A stretch of 64,000 nucleotides of DNA from an uncultured Spirochaetota bacterium. GTDB taxonomy: Bacteria; Spirochaetota; Spirochaetia; SZUA-6; Fen-1364. Of this stretch, positions 18,337-26,434 are shown one piece after another (the first letter of the stretch is position 1; each line of letters starts with the position of its first letter). Made by a program: the position numbers and the translations under genes. The stretch lies in the NCBI GenBank assembly GCA_963845535.1, contig CAWJSK010000012.1, positions 800,001-864,000 on the forward strand, in the 5' to 3' direction. The notes under the pieces were generated by a model that was not told the DNA's origin, did no database searches, and was given only the letters and a program-made list of their open reading frames with translations.

Positions 18337-21261
18337 ATGGCTGCGCTTCGGCGCGCCGTCCTTACTGCGGGCGCCATGCTCCTGACAGGCATTCCGCTCT
18401 GGTCCAGCCCCGCCGGGCCCCTGGAGCCTGATTTCAAGGGATGGCAACGCACGGAGACTGCCCATTTCGTGTTCGTGTTCGAGCCGCGGGACAGCCAGGC
18501 GGTGAGCCAACTGGTCTCTTTTGCCGAGGACGTCTACCAGGATGTGACGGGGTTTATCGGCGCGCGGCCCGAGCGCGTCTGGGTTGTCGTTGCGGGCCGC
18601 GTCGATCTGGCAAACGCCCTTACGTATCCGTTCCCTCCCCACATCACCCTCTACCTGGCTCCTCCATCCGAGCCCTTGGTAGGGCTGGAAGCCTCCTCGT
18701 ACCTTCGGCTCCTTCTTGCGCATGAGCTGACCCACTTCATCAATTTCGAGTACGACAAAGGGCTGTTCGCGTTTCTCTCAGTCGTCTTTGGACCCGCGGT
18801 CAAGGAGGCATGCGCTGCGTTCGTTCCTACGTGGTTCCTGGAAGGCATTGCCACGCACTCGGAGACACTTTTCACCGACGGCGGCCGCGGACGGAACCCC
18901 TTTTTCGAAATGGAGTACCGGGCGTTCGCCCTGTCGCACCGTTTCTTTCCTTTGAGCAAGGCGGCTTATAGCTCGTATTTTCCGCCCGCGGATCGGGATT
19001 GGATCGGCGGCTATCTCTTCTTTCGCTATCTATTCGACCATTACGGGAGCGATATCTACATCCGTATCCACGACGAGTACGTGAAGTTTCCTCTCCTCGG
19101 GCCATGGAAGGCAATCGAGCGGGCAACAGGGAAGCCGGCGGACCTCTTGTACGGAGAAATGGTGGCCGAGCTGGAAGATCACTACTCTTCGCAGAAATCC
19201 GCGGAAGAGGGAACCGAAGTCGTCCCCAAGGTCCTGGGGGACTACTACCTGCCCGTGGTCACCTCGCAGGGCTGGTACCTCTACCGCTCGACTCCGTATG
19301 CGGCGCCCGGGATCATGGCGTTCGATCCCGCGACCAAGCGCGAGCGGCTCCTCCTTTCAACGCCGCTTTCGGACAGCGCCTCACTGACCGCCACTGCGGA
19401 CGGAGCACGGATCGCGTTTTCCACGTACGAGGCCACACTCGGCAGCAGCGGCGAAATCGTGGCCTCAGACCTTTTCGAGATGGACCGAGGAACGGGGGCG
19501 GTTCGTCGGATCACCGAGGGCGGCCACGCGTGGCAACCGAGGCTTTCACCAGACGGTTCCCGGCTCCTTGCGGTTTCCGCAATCGGCCCTTGCTCGCGGC
19601 TCGTGGAGGTGGATCAGCGCAGCGGCTCCCTCCGCCTTCTTTTTTCGATGAAGGACGCTATCGTTTCAACGCCGTCCATCTCTCCCGACGGCTCGCTCGT
19701 AGCATTCGCGGTTTCCCTGCATCATGCATGGAGCATTCGCGTCCTCCCCCTCTTGACCCGTGAAGTCCCCCTCGAGCCATCCGCGCCCGTAACGGACTAC
19801 AACGTGGACGAAGCGCGGATTGTCTTCGGTCCCACAACGGCGGGCGCCTACTACCCCCGGTTCACGGATTCAGGTGACCTTCTTTTTTCCTCGGATATGG
19901 ACGGGTCCCTTGCTCTTTATCAGACAGATGTGGAAGGCACCCGCCTCACTCGCGTCTGCGAAGACCCCGTTGGCGCATGGGCAGGAGAGCTCGTGGGAGG
20001 CAGGGTTTTGTACGCGACATACAGGACCGACGGGTACACGCTCAGGGTCAAGGACATTCAGCCGGAGCCCAGGGAGTTTCCTGAGATCTTCCCGGCGCAG
20101 CCTGCAAACGATGAGGGGGCGGGAGCGCTTCCGCGGACTCCTTACGTCGACCTTCCGCGGTTCCTGGCCTGGGCGCCGTTGCCCATCTATTACAGCACGA
20201 TAGCTACCGGGGAGCTTGTTGTCGCCCCGGGAGCCGCCATCTGGGGAATCTCCAACCTGGGCACCAGCTCCTATGCGGCATCTGTCTCATTCAGGACTGA
20301 CGCGCTCCAGCCTGCTGTTGAGCTGCGCTTGCAAACCGCGGCCGGCACGGTCGGCATGGGCTACTCGCTCTCCGAGGGCTACACCAACCTTTCTGCAACT
20401 GACCACGAGCAGGAGCTCGACCAGCAGGTGTCGTTATCGTTCCCGCTTGTCTCTTCCACGAAGCTCGGCAATGCCACGGCACTCTCTCTTTTCACGTCCG
20501 CAACTGACACCCTCAGGGCGGAAGGACCGAACGTTTTTTCCCTCATGGACGGGTTGGGCGCCGGCTCGGGTTCCGCGAGCCTGAGCTATTCCCATGACAT
20601 CGACGCCACCGTGGGCGTGGGTTACAGGCGAAGCTCCATCGACAGCCCGATGGATCTCTTCACCCTTTCCCAGACGCTGGCTTCCCTGGGCGTTTCCCTG
20701 TACCCGCCGGTACTCTCCGCTTCCGGCCCCGGCATGGCGGCAACCGGTCTTTTTTCTATTTCGATTCCCTCCCCGTTTGCGCACCAGGTGCTCCAGATTG
20801 GGCTGAAGACGAGCTATGTCAGTCTTAACGAGACCTTTTACCAGATAACCAATCCTCGCGGCGCCTTCGATTCTGTGGTCCAGACCATGCCCGGAAGGGC
20901 GCTCCTCTCCCTGGACTATCTCATTCCCATTGCGCTGCTCGATGCGCCGCTGGCGTACAGTCTCGGCCTGGTGGGGGTGGGCTGTGGCTTTCACCTTGAA
21001 GCGGCCGTGGACTGGTCCACGGTCCCCGCCGCGGTGGTTGCGGACCGTGATATCTACACGGGCTTTGAGCTGGTGTTCGATGTTGCCGCCGGCGAGCAAA
21101 CCTTTCCCGTGGGCCTCGGCCTCACCTTCCGCTTCGATCCGAGCTTCGCGACGCCTCCCAACTGGGGGACGGACCTTCGGCCGTACGTCTTCATCTCGAA
21201 TGACAGCTTTGCGGGCACCGTGTTCGGGGCGCGCGTCAAGCGCGCTGCTTTGGGGAATTGA
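18337..21261 (+). CDS. Large secreted protein: gluzincin-like metallopeptidase domain, PD40/TolB-like beta-propeller, C-terminal beta-strand-rich (barrel-like) region
   Basis: Signal peptide MAALRRAVL..; AHELTH (HExxH) and PTWFLEGIA; WQPRLSPDGSRL and TPSISPDGSLVAF repeats; alternating beta-strand pattern at the C-terminus. The tracked 1617-aa ORF is over-extended antisense to the ABC gene. Confidence 0.75.
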   Translation: MAALRRAVLTAGAMLLTGIPLWSSPAGPLEPDFKGWQRTETAHFVFVFEPRDSQAVSQLVSFAEDVYQDVTGFIGARPERVWVVVAGRVDLANALTYPFPPHITLYLAPPSEPLVGLEASSYLRLLLAHELTHFINFEYDKGLFAFLSVVFGPAVKEACAAFVPTWFLEGIATHSETLFTDGGRGRNPFFEMEYRAFALSHRFFPLSKAAYSSYFPPADRDWIGGYLFFRYLFDHYGSDIYIRIHDEYVKFPLLGPWKAIERATGKPADLLYGEMVAELEDHYSSQKSAEEGTEVVPKVLGDYYLPVVTSQGWYLYRSTPYAAPGIMAFDPATKRERLLLSTPLSDSASLTATADGARIAFSTYEATLGSSGEIVASDLFEMDRGTGAVRRITEGGHAWQPRLSPDGSRLLAVSAIGPCSRLVEVDQRSGSLRLLFSMKDAIVSTPSISPDGSLVAFAVSLHHAWSIRVLPLLTREVPLEPSAPVTDYNVDEARIVFGPTTAGAYYPRFTDSGDLLFSSDMDGSLALYQTDVEGTRLTRVCEDPVGAWAGELVGGRVLYATYRTDGYTLRVKDIQPEPREFPEIFPAQPANDEGAGALPRTPYVDLPRFLAWAPLPIYYSTIATGELVVAPGAAIWGISNLGTSSYAASVSFRTDALQPAVELRLQTAAGTVGMGYSLSEGYTNLSATDHEQELDQQVSLSFPLVSSTKLGNATALSLFTSATDTLRAEGPNVFSLMDGLGAGSGSASLSYSHDIDATVGVGYRRSSIDSPMDLFTLSQTLASLGVSLYPPVLSASGPGMAATGLFSISIPSPFAHQVLQIGLKTSYVSLNETFYQITNPRGAFDSVVQTMPGRALLSLDYLIPIALLDAPLAYSLGLVGVGCGFHLEAAVDWSTVPAAVVADRDIYTGFELVFDVAAGEQTFPVGLGLTFRFDPSFATPPNWGTDLRPYVFISNDSFAGTVFGARVKRAALGN

Positions 21262-21321
21262 AGCGGTGCGCCGGAGTTGACCGCGCGTTGCGCAGGAAGC
21301 ATGTTTGAGGCAGGAGTACGG

Positions 21322-22131
21322 ATGTCGAACAGAGCTCGAAAGTACCTCGTCGGTCTCTTCCTGATTGCTGCCATCTCCTTGCCCGCGGCGGCAGATAGCC
21401 CGGCTGCTCCCGTGCAGTCGCAGGAGGTCGGCTTCTACGAAAACCCCGGCGGCATGGTGCCACTGGATACGACTTTCCACGACGAAAACGGAGCCCTGAT
21501 TTCACTCCGGAAAATCATCCACGTCCCGACCATTCTTGCTCTCGTCTACTACCGGTGCCCGAATGTCTGTGATGCGCTTCTTACCGGAGTAGCGGGATCT
21601 CTGAAAACCCTGGACGCCGCGCCAGGGACGGACTACCAGGCGGTTACAATCAGCATCGATCCCACGGAGACCCGCGTGGATGCCAGGAAGGCAAAGAGGA
21701 TCTCCCTGGAATCCATCGAAAAGCCCTTCCCTCCCTCCGCGTGGCGCTTTCTCACGGGGGATCCCGCAAGCATCGCCCAGGTTGCTCAGGCAACCGGTTT
21801 CCGCTACAGGAAGGAGGGCCTCGGTTTCGATCACCCGGTTGGGATCATCATCCTGTCCGCGCAGGGGAAGATCATCCGCTACATGTACGGCGCGGATTTT
21901 CTGCCCGCGGACCTGAGGCTTTCGTTGCTGGAGGCATCTTCGGGCAGGGTCGGGCCGACCATCGCCAGGGTGCTTCGGGTCTGTTTCGCCATCGACCCCA
22001 AGAGCCATGCGCTTGTCTTCAATCTCCTCAGGATCGTGGGAACGGCGACTCTTTTGGCGGCGGCGCTCCTGATCGGCTACATTATTTTCGCCACCATGAA
22101 ACGAAAGCGGGCCGGCCATCACGCCACATGA
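21322..22131 (+). CDS. SCO1/SenC family protein (oxidase-operon type, C-terminal TM)
   Basis: Signal peptide, YYRCPNVC (CxxxC), WRFLTG, FDHP His, C-terminal TM helix. Confidence 0.88.
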   Translation: MSNRARKYLVGLFLIAAISLPAAADSPAAPVQSQEVGFYENPGGMVPLDTTFHDENGALISLRKIIHVPTILALVYYRCPNVCDALLTGVAGSLKTLDAAPGTDYQAVTISIDPTETRVDARKAKRISLESIEKPFPPSAWRFLTGDPASIAQVAQATGFRYRKEGLGFDHPVGIIILSAQGKIIRYMYGADFLPADLRLSLLEASSGRVGPTIARVLRVCFAIDPKSHALVFNLLRIVGTATLLAAALLIGYIIFATMKRKRAGHHAT

Positions 22132-22144
22132 CGGGGGCTTTTCC

Positions 22145-22867
22145 ATGAAGGCGCTCAGAAACCTCGCGGTGCTTGCACCGCTTGCCATGCTTGCGGCGGC
22201 GCCGCTCCAAGCTTCGCCTCCTGCAACACTGAACGGCAACGTATTCTCCCAGCCATGGGCAGCGGCGGACTTCACGCTCACGGATCAGCACGGTGCGCCG
22301 TTCCACATGGCTGATACGAAGGGAAAAGTCGTTGTCATGACGTATATCTACACGCACTGCACGGACTTCTGCCCTTTCGTGGCCTTGAAACTGAAAGAGG
22401 CTGGAAAGCTCCTGGGCCCGGACGCGGGCAAGTTCGTCCTTGTCGCTGTAACCACGGACCCTGAGCGGGATACCCCGAACGTATGCGCCGCGTACAGCAA
22501 GGCAATTGGAATGTCGGATTCGTGGAGCTTCGTGACCGGTCCGGCCCTCAGCGTCCGAGGCGTCTGGAAGAACTACTATATCGGGGTGGAAAGAGAACCG
22601 GAGCAACCCGTTGCTGCCGCCAAACCGCTCAGCCCTCAGGAGGAGAAGGCGGCGCAAGAAGAGGCCGCCGGAGTTGCCCGCGGACTGGGTAGCCAGGACA
22701 GGGCGCTCGTGGGAAAGATCATAGATGCCTTCGGCGGCGGTTACGACGTCTCCCACGACATTCCCTTCTGGATAGTCGACAAGCACGGGATGATGCGCGT
22801 GAACCTGGACGCGGACGCGACCCCCGCGGAAATTGCTTCCGACGTGAAGGCGCTCATCGCCGAGTGA
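22145..22867 (+). CDS. SCO1/SenC family protein
   Basis: DFTLTDQHG, YTHCTDFCP, TTDPERDT, WSFVTG, YDVSH. Confidence 0.9.
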   Translation: MKALRNLAVLAPLAMLAAAPLQASPPATLNGNVFSQPWAAADFTLTDQHGAPFHMADTKGKVVVMTYIYTHCTDFCPFVALKLKEAGKLLGPDAGKFVLVAVTTDPERDTPNVCAAYSKAIGMSDSWSFVTGPALSVRGVWKNYYIGVEREPEQPVAAAKPLSPQEEKAAQEEAAGVARGLGSQDRALVGKIIDAFGGGYDVSHDIPFWIVDKHGMMRVNLDADATPAEIASDVKALIAE

Positions 22868-23631
22868 CTACCAGCGCGGTCCAACGGAAAACCATCCGCG
22901 CGGAGGTGCTCCTTGTGCTCGGCGTCTCCCTGGGGTACAGCGCGGTCTACGCGCTCGTCGACCTCATCGGGAAGCTGACCGCGCACAAGGCGCTTTCCGC
23001 GCAGACCACGACTCTGAACCCCTCGGAAGCCTCCGGTCATCCGTACCTCGACCTTGCGCTCCAACTGGTGGGGATTCTCTTCGGCGTCGTGCCGGCTCTT
23101 TTGGCGCTGCACCTGATGAGGCGAGAGGGACAAGCGGATCAGATGGGTTTCCAGACTCGTCGCATCGGCTTCGACGCCGGCTGGGGAGCCGGGTTGGCAG
23201 CCGCCATCGGCATACCGGGGTTGGCGCTGTACCTTGCCTCCCGCGCCATCGGCATCAACACGACAGTGGTCCCGGAGGCGCTCCCCCTCCTCTGGTGGAC
23301 CGTGCCGGTGCTTCTGCTTTCAGCGGCGCAGAACGCGTTCCTGGAAGAAGTTGTCGATGTTGGGTACCTGACGACCCGCCTCGGGGAGCTCTCGTGGAGC
23401 CTTCCCGCCGTGGTCGGAGCGAGCGCGCTCCTCCGAGGCTCGTACCACCTGTACCAGGGCTTCGGCGGCTTCATCGGAAACACCATCATGGGGGCGGCCT
23501 TCGCGCTGTTTTTCGTCCGCTTCAAGCGCGTGAGCCCGCTCATCATTGCCCACACGGTCCTGGACTCCGTGGCCTTTGTTGGCTACGCCCTCCTGCGCGG
23601 TCACCTCACTGTTCTTGGCATTTCCTTTTGA
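22864..23631 (+). CDS. CPBP/Abi family intramembrane glutamic metalloprotease
   Basis: NAFLEEV, RGSYHLYQG, PLIIAH..LD motifs; multiple TM segments; GTG start overlaps the SCO stop. Confidence 0.88.
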   Translation: MTTSAVQRKTIRAEVLLVLGVSLGYSAVYALVDLIGKLTAHKALSAQTTTLNPSEASGHPYLDLALQLVGILFGVVPALLALHLMRREGQADQMGFQTRRIGFDAGWGAGLAAAIGIPGLALYLASRAIGINTTVVPEALPLLWWTVPVLLLSAAQNAFLEEVVDVGYLTTRLGELSWSLPAVVGASALLRGSYHLYQGFGGFIGNTIMGAAFALFFVRFKRVSPLIIAHTVLDSVAFVGYALLRGHLTVLGISF

Positions 23632-24641
23632 AGCGCTCCCAGCATCTTCTGGTTCCCCTTGGCGTAGTCGACCGCGGTCTTGCCGAAGCTGTCGCGCGCG
23701 GATAAATCCGCGCCGGCGGCAAGCAAGGCGGAGACGATTTCGGGATTGTCGTTGAAACGCGCGGCCAGCATCAACGGCGTCGAACCGGAAGCAGTTCTTT
23801 CGTTGACGCTTCCTCCCGCTTTCAGAAGGATTGAGACGATTTCAGGGTCGCGGGCGTTGACCGCGGCGAACATGAGCGGAGTCCAGCCATCGGCTGTTCG
23901 GTCTTCAACTCTGGCCCCATCCCTCAGCAGAGCTGAAACTACCGACGGGTTTTTTGTATTGACGATCGCGAACGTCAGAGGCGTCCAGCCGTCAGGGGTC
24001 GTGTCGTCGGTCCTTGCTCCGCCCGCCACGAGGGCCGAGACGATTGCCGGCTCAGGGTTGTTTTCTGCCGCCCACATCAGAGGCGTGTACCCGTCGGCAT
24101 CCCTGTCCTCAATTCCTGCCCCCGCGCGCAGAAGCACCGAGATGACCTGGGGGTTCGCGTTGTTTCTGGCGCACAGCATGAGGGCAGTCACGCCCACGTG
24201 TGTCCGGTCATCGATCTTTGCTCCGACTGCAAGGACGGCCGAGATGACGGCGGGATTGGAATTGTACTCCGCCGCCCACATCAGGACCGTCCCGCCCTCA
24301 TAGTCCCTGTCATCTATTCGAGCCCCGGCCTTCACCAGCAGTGAAACGACCGCCGGGTCGTGGTTGAACGCGGCGGCGAGCATCAACGGCGTCAGGCCTT
24401 CGGTGTCGATCTGGTATTGATGCGCTGCCTCGGCATGAATGGGCGCAACTTTCCAGAAAGGAAAATCCGTAACCTCGACGTCGGCGCCCTGTGCGATCGC
24501 CTCTTGTACTTGCTGGACGGTTCCGGTCCTTACCAGCTCGGAAAAGTCCTGGGCCACAGCGGCGGCAGCGGGGGAAAGGAATGCAGCCGGAATCAACAAG
24601 AGCTTTGCCATGTACCATGAAACCGCCCGCGCGGAGCTCAT
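23601..24641 (-). CDS. Secreted ankyrin-repeat protein
   Basis: About 7-8 repeats of G.TPLM.AA..N.NP.(V/I)..LL.AGA; N-terminal signal-like sequence; start may be 24611. Confidence 0.92.
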   Translation of the reverse strand: MSSARAVSWYMAKLLLIPAAFLSPAAAAVAQDFSELVRTGTVQQVQEAIAQGADVEVTDFPFWKVAPIHAEAAHQYQIDTEGLTPLMLAAAFNHDPAVVSLLVKAGARIDDRDYEGGTVLMWAAEYNSNPAVISAVLAVGAKIDDRTHVGVTALMLCARNNANPQVISVLLRAGAGIEDRDADGYTPLMWAAENNPEPAIVSALVAGGARTDDTTPDGWTPLTFAIVNTKNPSVVSALLRDGARVEDRTADGWTPLMFAAVNARDPEIVSILLKAGGSVNERTASGSTPLMLAARFNDNPEIVSALLAAGADLSARDSFGKTAVDYAKGNQKMLGALQKEMPRTVR

Positions 24642-24642
24642 C

Positions 24643-25401
24643 CTACTCTGCCGGCTTCGACGCCTTTTGGAGTTGCCGATAAGCGCTGGTCCCTTTCAGC
24701 TTCTCGTTGGACATCGCATAATCAAGAGCCGTCTTCCCAAACTTGTCTCTTGCCTTCGCATCCGCGCCGGCTTTCAGGAGCTCGACGAGAACGTCGGGAT
24801 TCTTGCTGTATCTCGCCGCGAGCAAAAGCGGGGTCTCATCAATGTGGTCTTGAGCATTGGGGTCCGCGCCGGCTCTCAGGAGCGTGGAAACAATCCGGGA
24901 GCTTGGGTTGTACCAGGCGGCGACCGAAAGCGGCGTGTCGCCGTCAATGTCCTTGTCCTCCACGTCCGCGCCGGCGTTGAGAAGCGTGGTGATCACTCCA
25001 GGATCCTGATTGTAGACCGCGGCCCACATCAGCGCGGTCATGGATAGTGTATCCCAAGCCTTCACGTCCGCGCCGGCTTTCAAGAGCATGGTGATCACTG
25101 TGGGACTCTGTCGTCCGGCGGCGTACATCAGGGCGGTATAGCCATCCTTCGTCTGAGCCCTCGCGTCTGCGCCGCCCCGCAGGAGCGTGGAGATCACCTC
25201 GGGGTTCAGGTTGTACCAGGCGGCTTCCATCAACGGTGTCCAATCGTCGTCGCCCCGAGCGTTCACGTCAGCACCTTTCCTGATGGCGGCTTGTACCTGC
25301 TGTGGCGTGCCCTTGCTCACAAGCTGGAAGAAGGATGTCGTCTGTGCGTTGACCGAGCCCCCTGCGGTTGCGATGAGGACGAAGACAAGCAGCTTTTTCA
25401 T
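24643..25401 (-). CDS. Secreted ankyrin-repeat protein
   Basis: Signal peptide MKKLLVFVLIA..VNA; about 5-6 TPLM.AA.YN..P.VI..LL.AGA repeats. Confidence 0.93.
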   Translation of the reverse strand: MKKLLVFVLIATAGGSVNAQTTSFFQLVSKGTPQQVQAAIRKGADVNARGDDDWTPLMEAAWYNLNPEVISTLLRGGADARAQTKDGYTALMYAAGRQSPTVITMLLKAGADVKAWDTLSMTALMWAAVYNQDPGVITTLLNAGADVEDKDIDGDTPLSVAAWYNPSSRIVSTLLRAGADPNAQDHIDETPLLLAARYSKNPDVLVELLKAGADAKARDKFGKTALDYAMSNEKLKGTSAYRQLQKASKPAE

Positions 25402-25476
25402 TCCCGCCCCTCAGTTTATCATACATGGCGCCTTTCACGAACACTCGCCGAAGTTTGTCGCAGGATACTGCGAAGA

Positions 25477-25515
25477 TTGACAAAAAGAACCTCTTCAAAT
25501 ATACATTTAGTATAT
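25477..25515 (+). promoter_or_regulatory. TA promoter (TTGACA at 25477) with operator palindrome ATATAC-N5-GTATAT overlapping the -10 region and start codon
   Basis: Seen directly: inverted repeat 25499-25515; no SD before ATG 25514, suggesting a leaderless transcript. Confidence 0.6.
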
Positions 25516-25744
25516 GAAGACCATCACGGTGAAAGAGCTGAAAGCCAATTGGGCTCAGATCGAGGCACAGGTGAAGGCCGGGGAGACCTTCGAAGTGCTG
25601 AATCGCGGCAGGGTCGCAGCTCATGTCGTTCCAGCAACTCCGCGGAAGGTCCTTCGGTGGCCAGACCACCTCAACACGGCCCACAAGAACATGGGTCGAA
25701 AAGGCTCTGACATCGTCCTGGAACAGCGGGATCGAAAGGCATGA
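25514..25744 (+). CDS. Type II antitoxin, Phd/YefM family
   Basis: MKTITVKELKAN...V..GETFEV.NRGRVAA.VVP; ATGA overlap with the PIN toxin. Confidence 0.88.
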   Translation: MKTITVKELKANWAQIEAQVKAGETFEVLNRGRVAAHVVPATPRKVLRWPDHLNTAHKNMGRKGSDIVLEQRDRKA

Positions 25745-26175
25745 TCTATCTCGATACCAGCGCGTTCATCAAGCTCTACCTCTATGAGCAAGGCTCCGCT
25801 GAAGTGCATAGCATCGTAACGACGCAAGAAGATCCCCTGCCTGTGACACATCTGACCGAGATCGAGTTCACGAATGCTCTCAGGTTCAAGATATTCATTT
25901 CGGAAATGACTCCGAGAGACGTGGACCGCCTCATTTCGCTCTTTCGTGACCGAAAGCGGAGTGGACAATATTTCGTCCCGCCTGTTGATCCTGTGGCCTT
26001 GTACGAGCTTTCTCTCCAGATGACCGAGAAAACACCCGCCATCGGTTGTCGGGCCCTTGATATCCTGCATGTGGCGAGTGCAAGGCTGTGCGAGGCGTCG
26101 TCATTTGTCACGGCAGACCAGCGTCAGGCGGATCTCGCCGAAGCAGAAGGTTGGACTGTCAAGTTCATCTCCTAG
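25741..26175 (+). CDS. vapC: Type II toxin, VapC PIN-domain ribonuclease
   Basis: IYLDTSAFIKLY..E.GS, RALDILHVASA, FVTADQRQ. Confidence 0.92.
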   Translation: MIYLDTSAFIKLYLYEQGSAEVHSIVTTQEDPLPVTHLTEIEFTNALRFKIFISEMTPRDVDRLISLFRDRKRSGQYFVPPVDPVALYELSLQMTEKTPAIGCRALDILHVASARLCEASSFVTADQRQADLAEAEGWTVKFIS

Positions 26176-26398
26176 ATGCGTCGTCGCCCACGCGGCTCAC
26201 GAAGGCCGTAGTCGGCCGGAATCGAACGCGTGAGCGGGCGTAGCGGAAAGCCCGTAGGGCGCCGAACAAAAGGAACGCGTTCGGCCAGGGAGTGAGGGCA
26301 CCGCTCCAATTCGGCCGTTCGCCGAGGACTTGCAGCGGAGCACGCCCAAAAGTCTGGAAGTTTCGCGGAGCGGAGCGTCTCGGTACCGAAAAATACCC

Positions 26399-26432
26399 TT
26401 GAATTTGTTACTATACACATGTATAGTAACAA
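26399..26432 (+). promoter_or_regulatory. Sigma70-type promoter TTGAAT-N17-TATAGT overlapped by a perfect 13-bp inverted repeat (TTGTTACTATACA-CA-TGTATAGTAACAA)
   Basis: -35 at 26399-26404, -10 at 26422-26427, palindrome 26405-26432; ATG 26435 lies where the TSS is expected. Confidence 0.75.
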
Positions 26433-26434
26433 TC

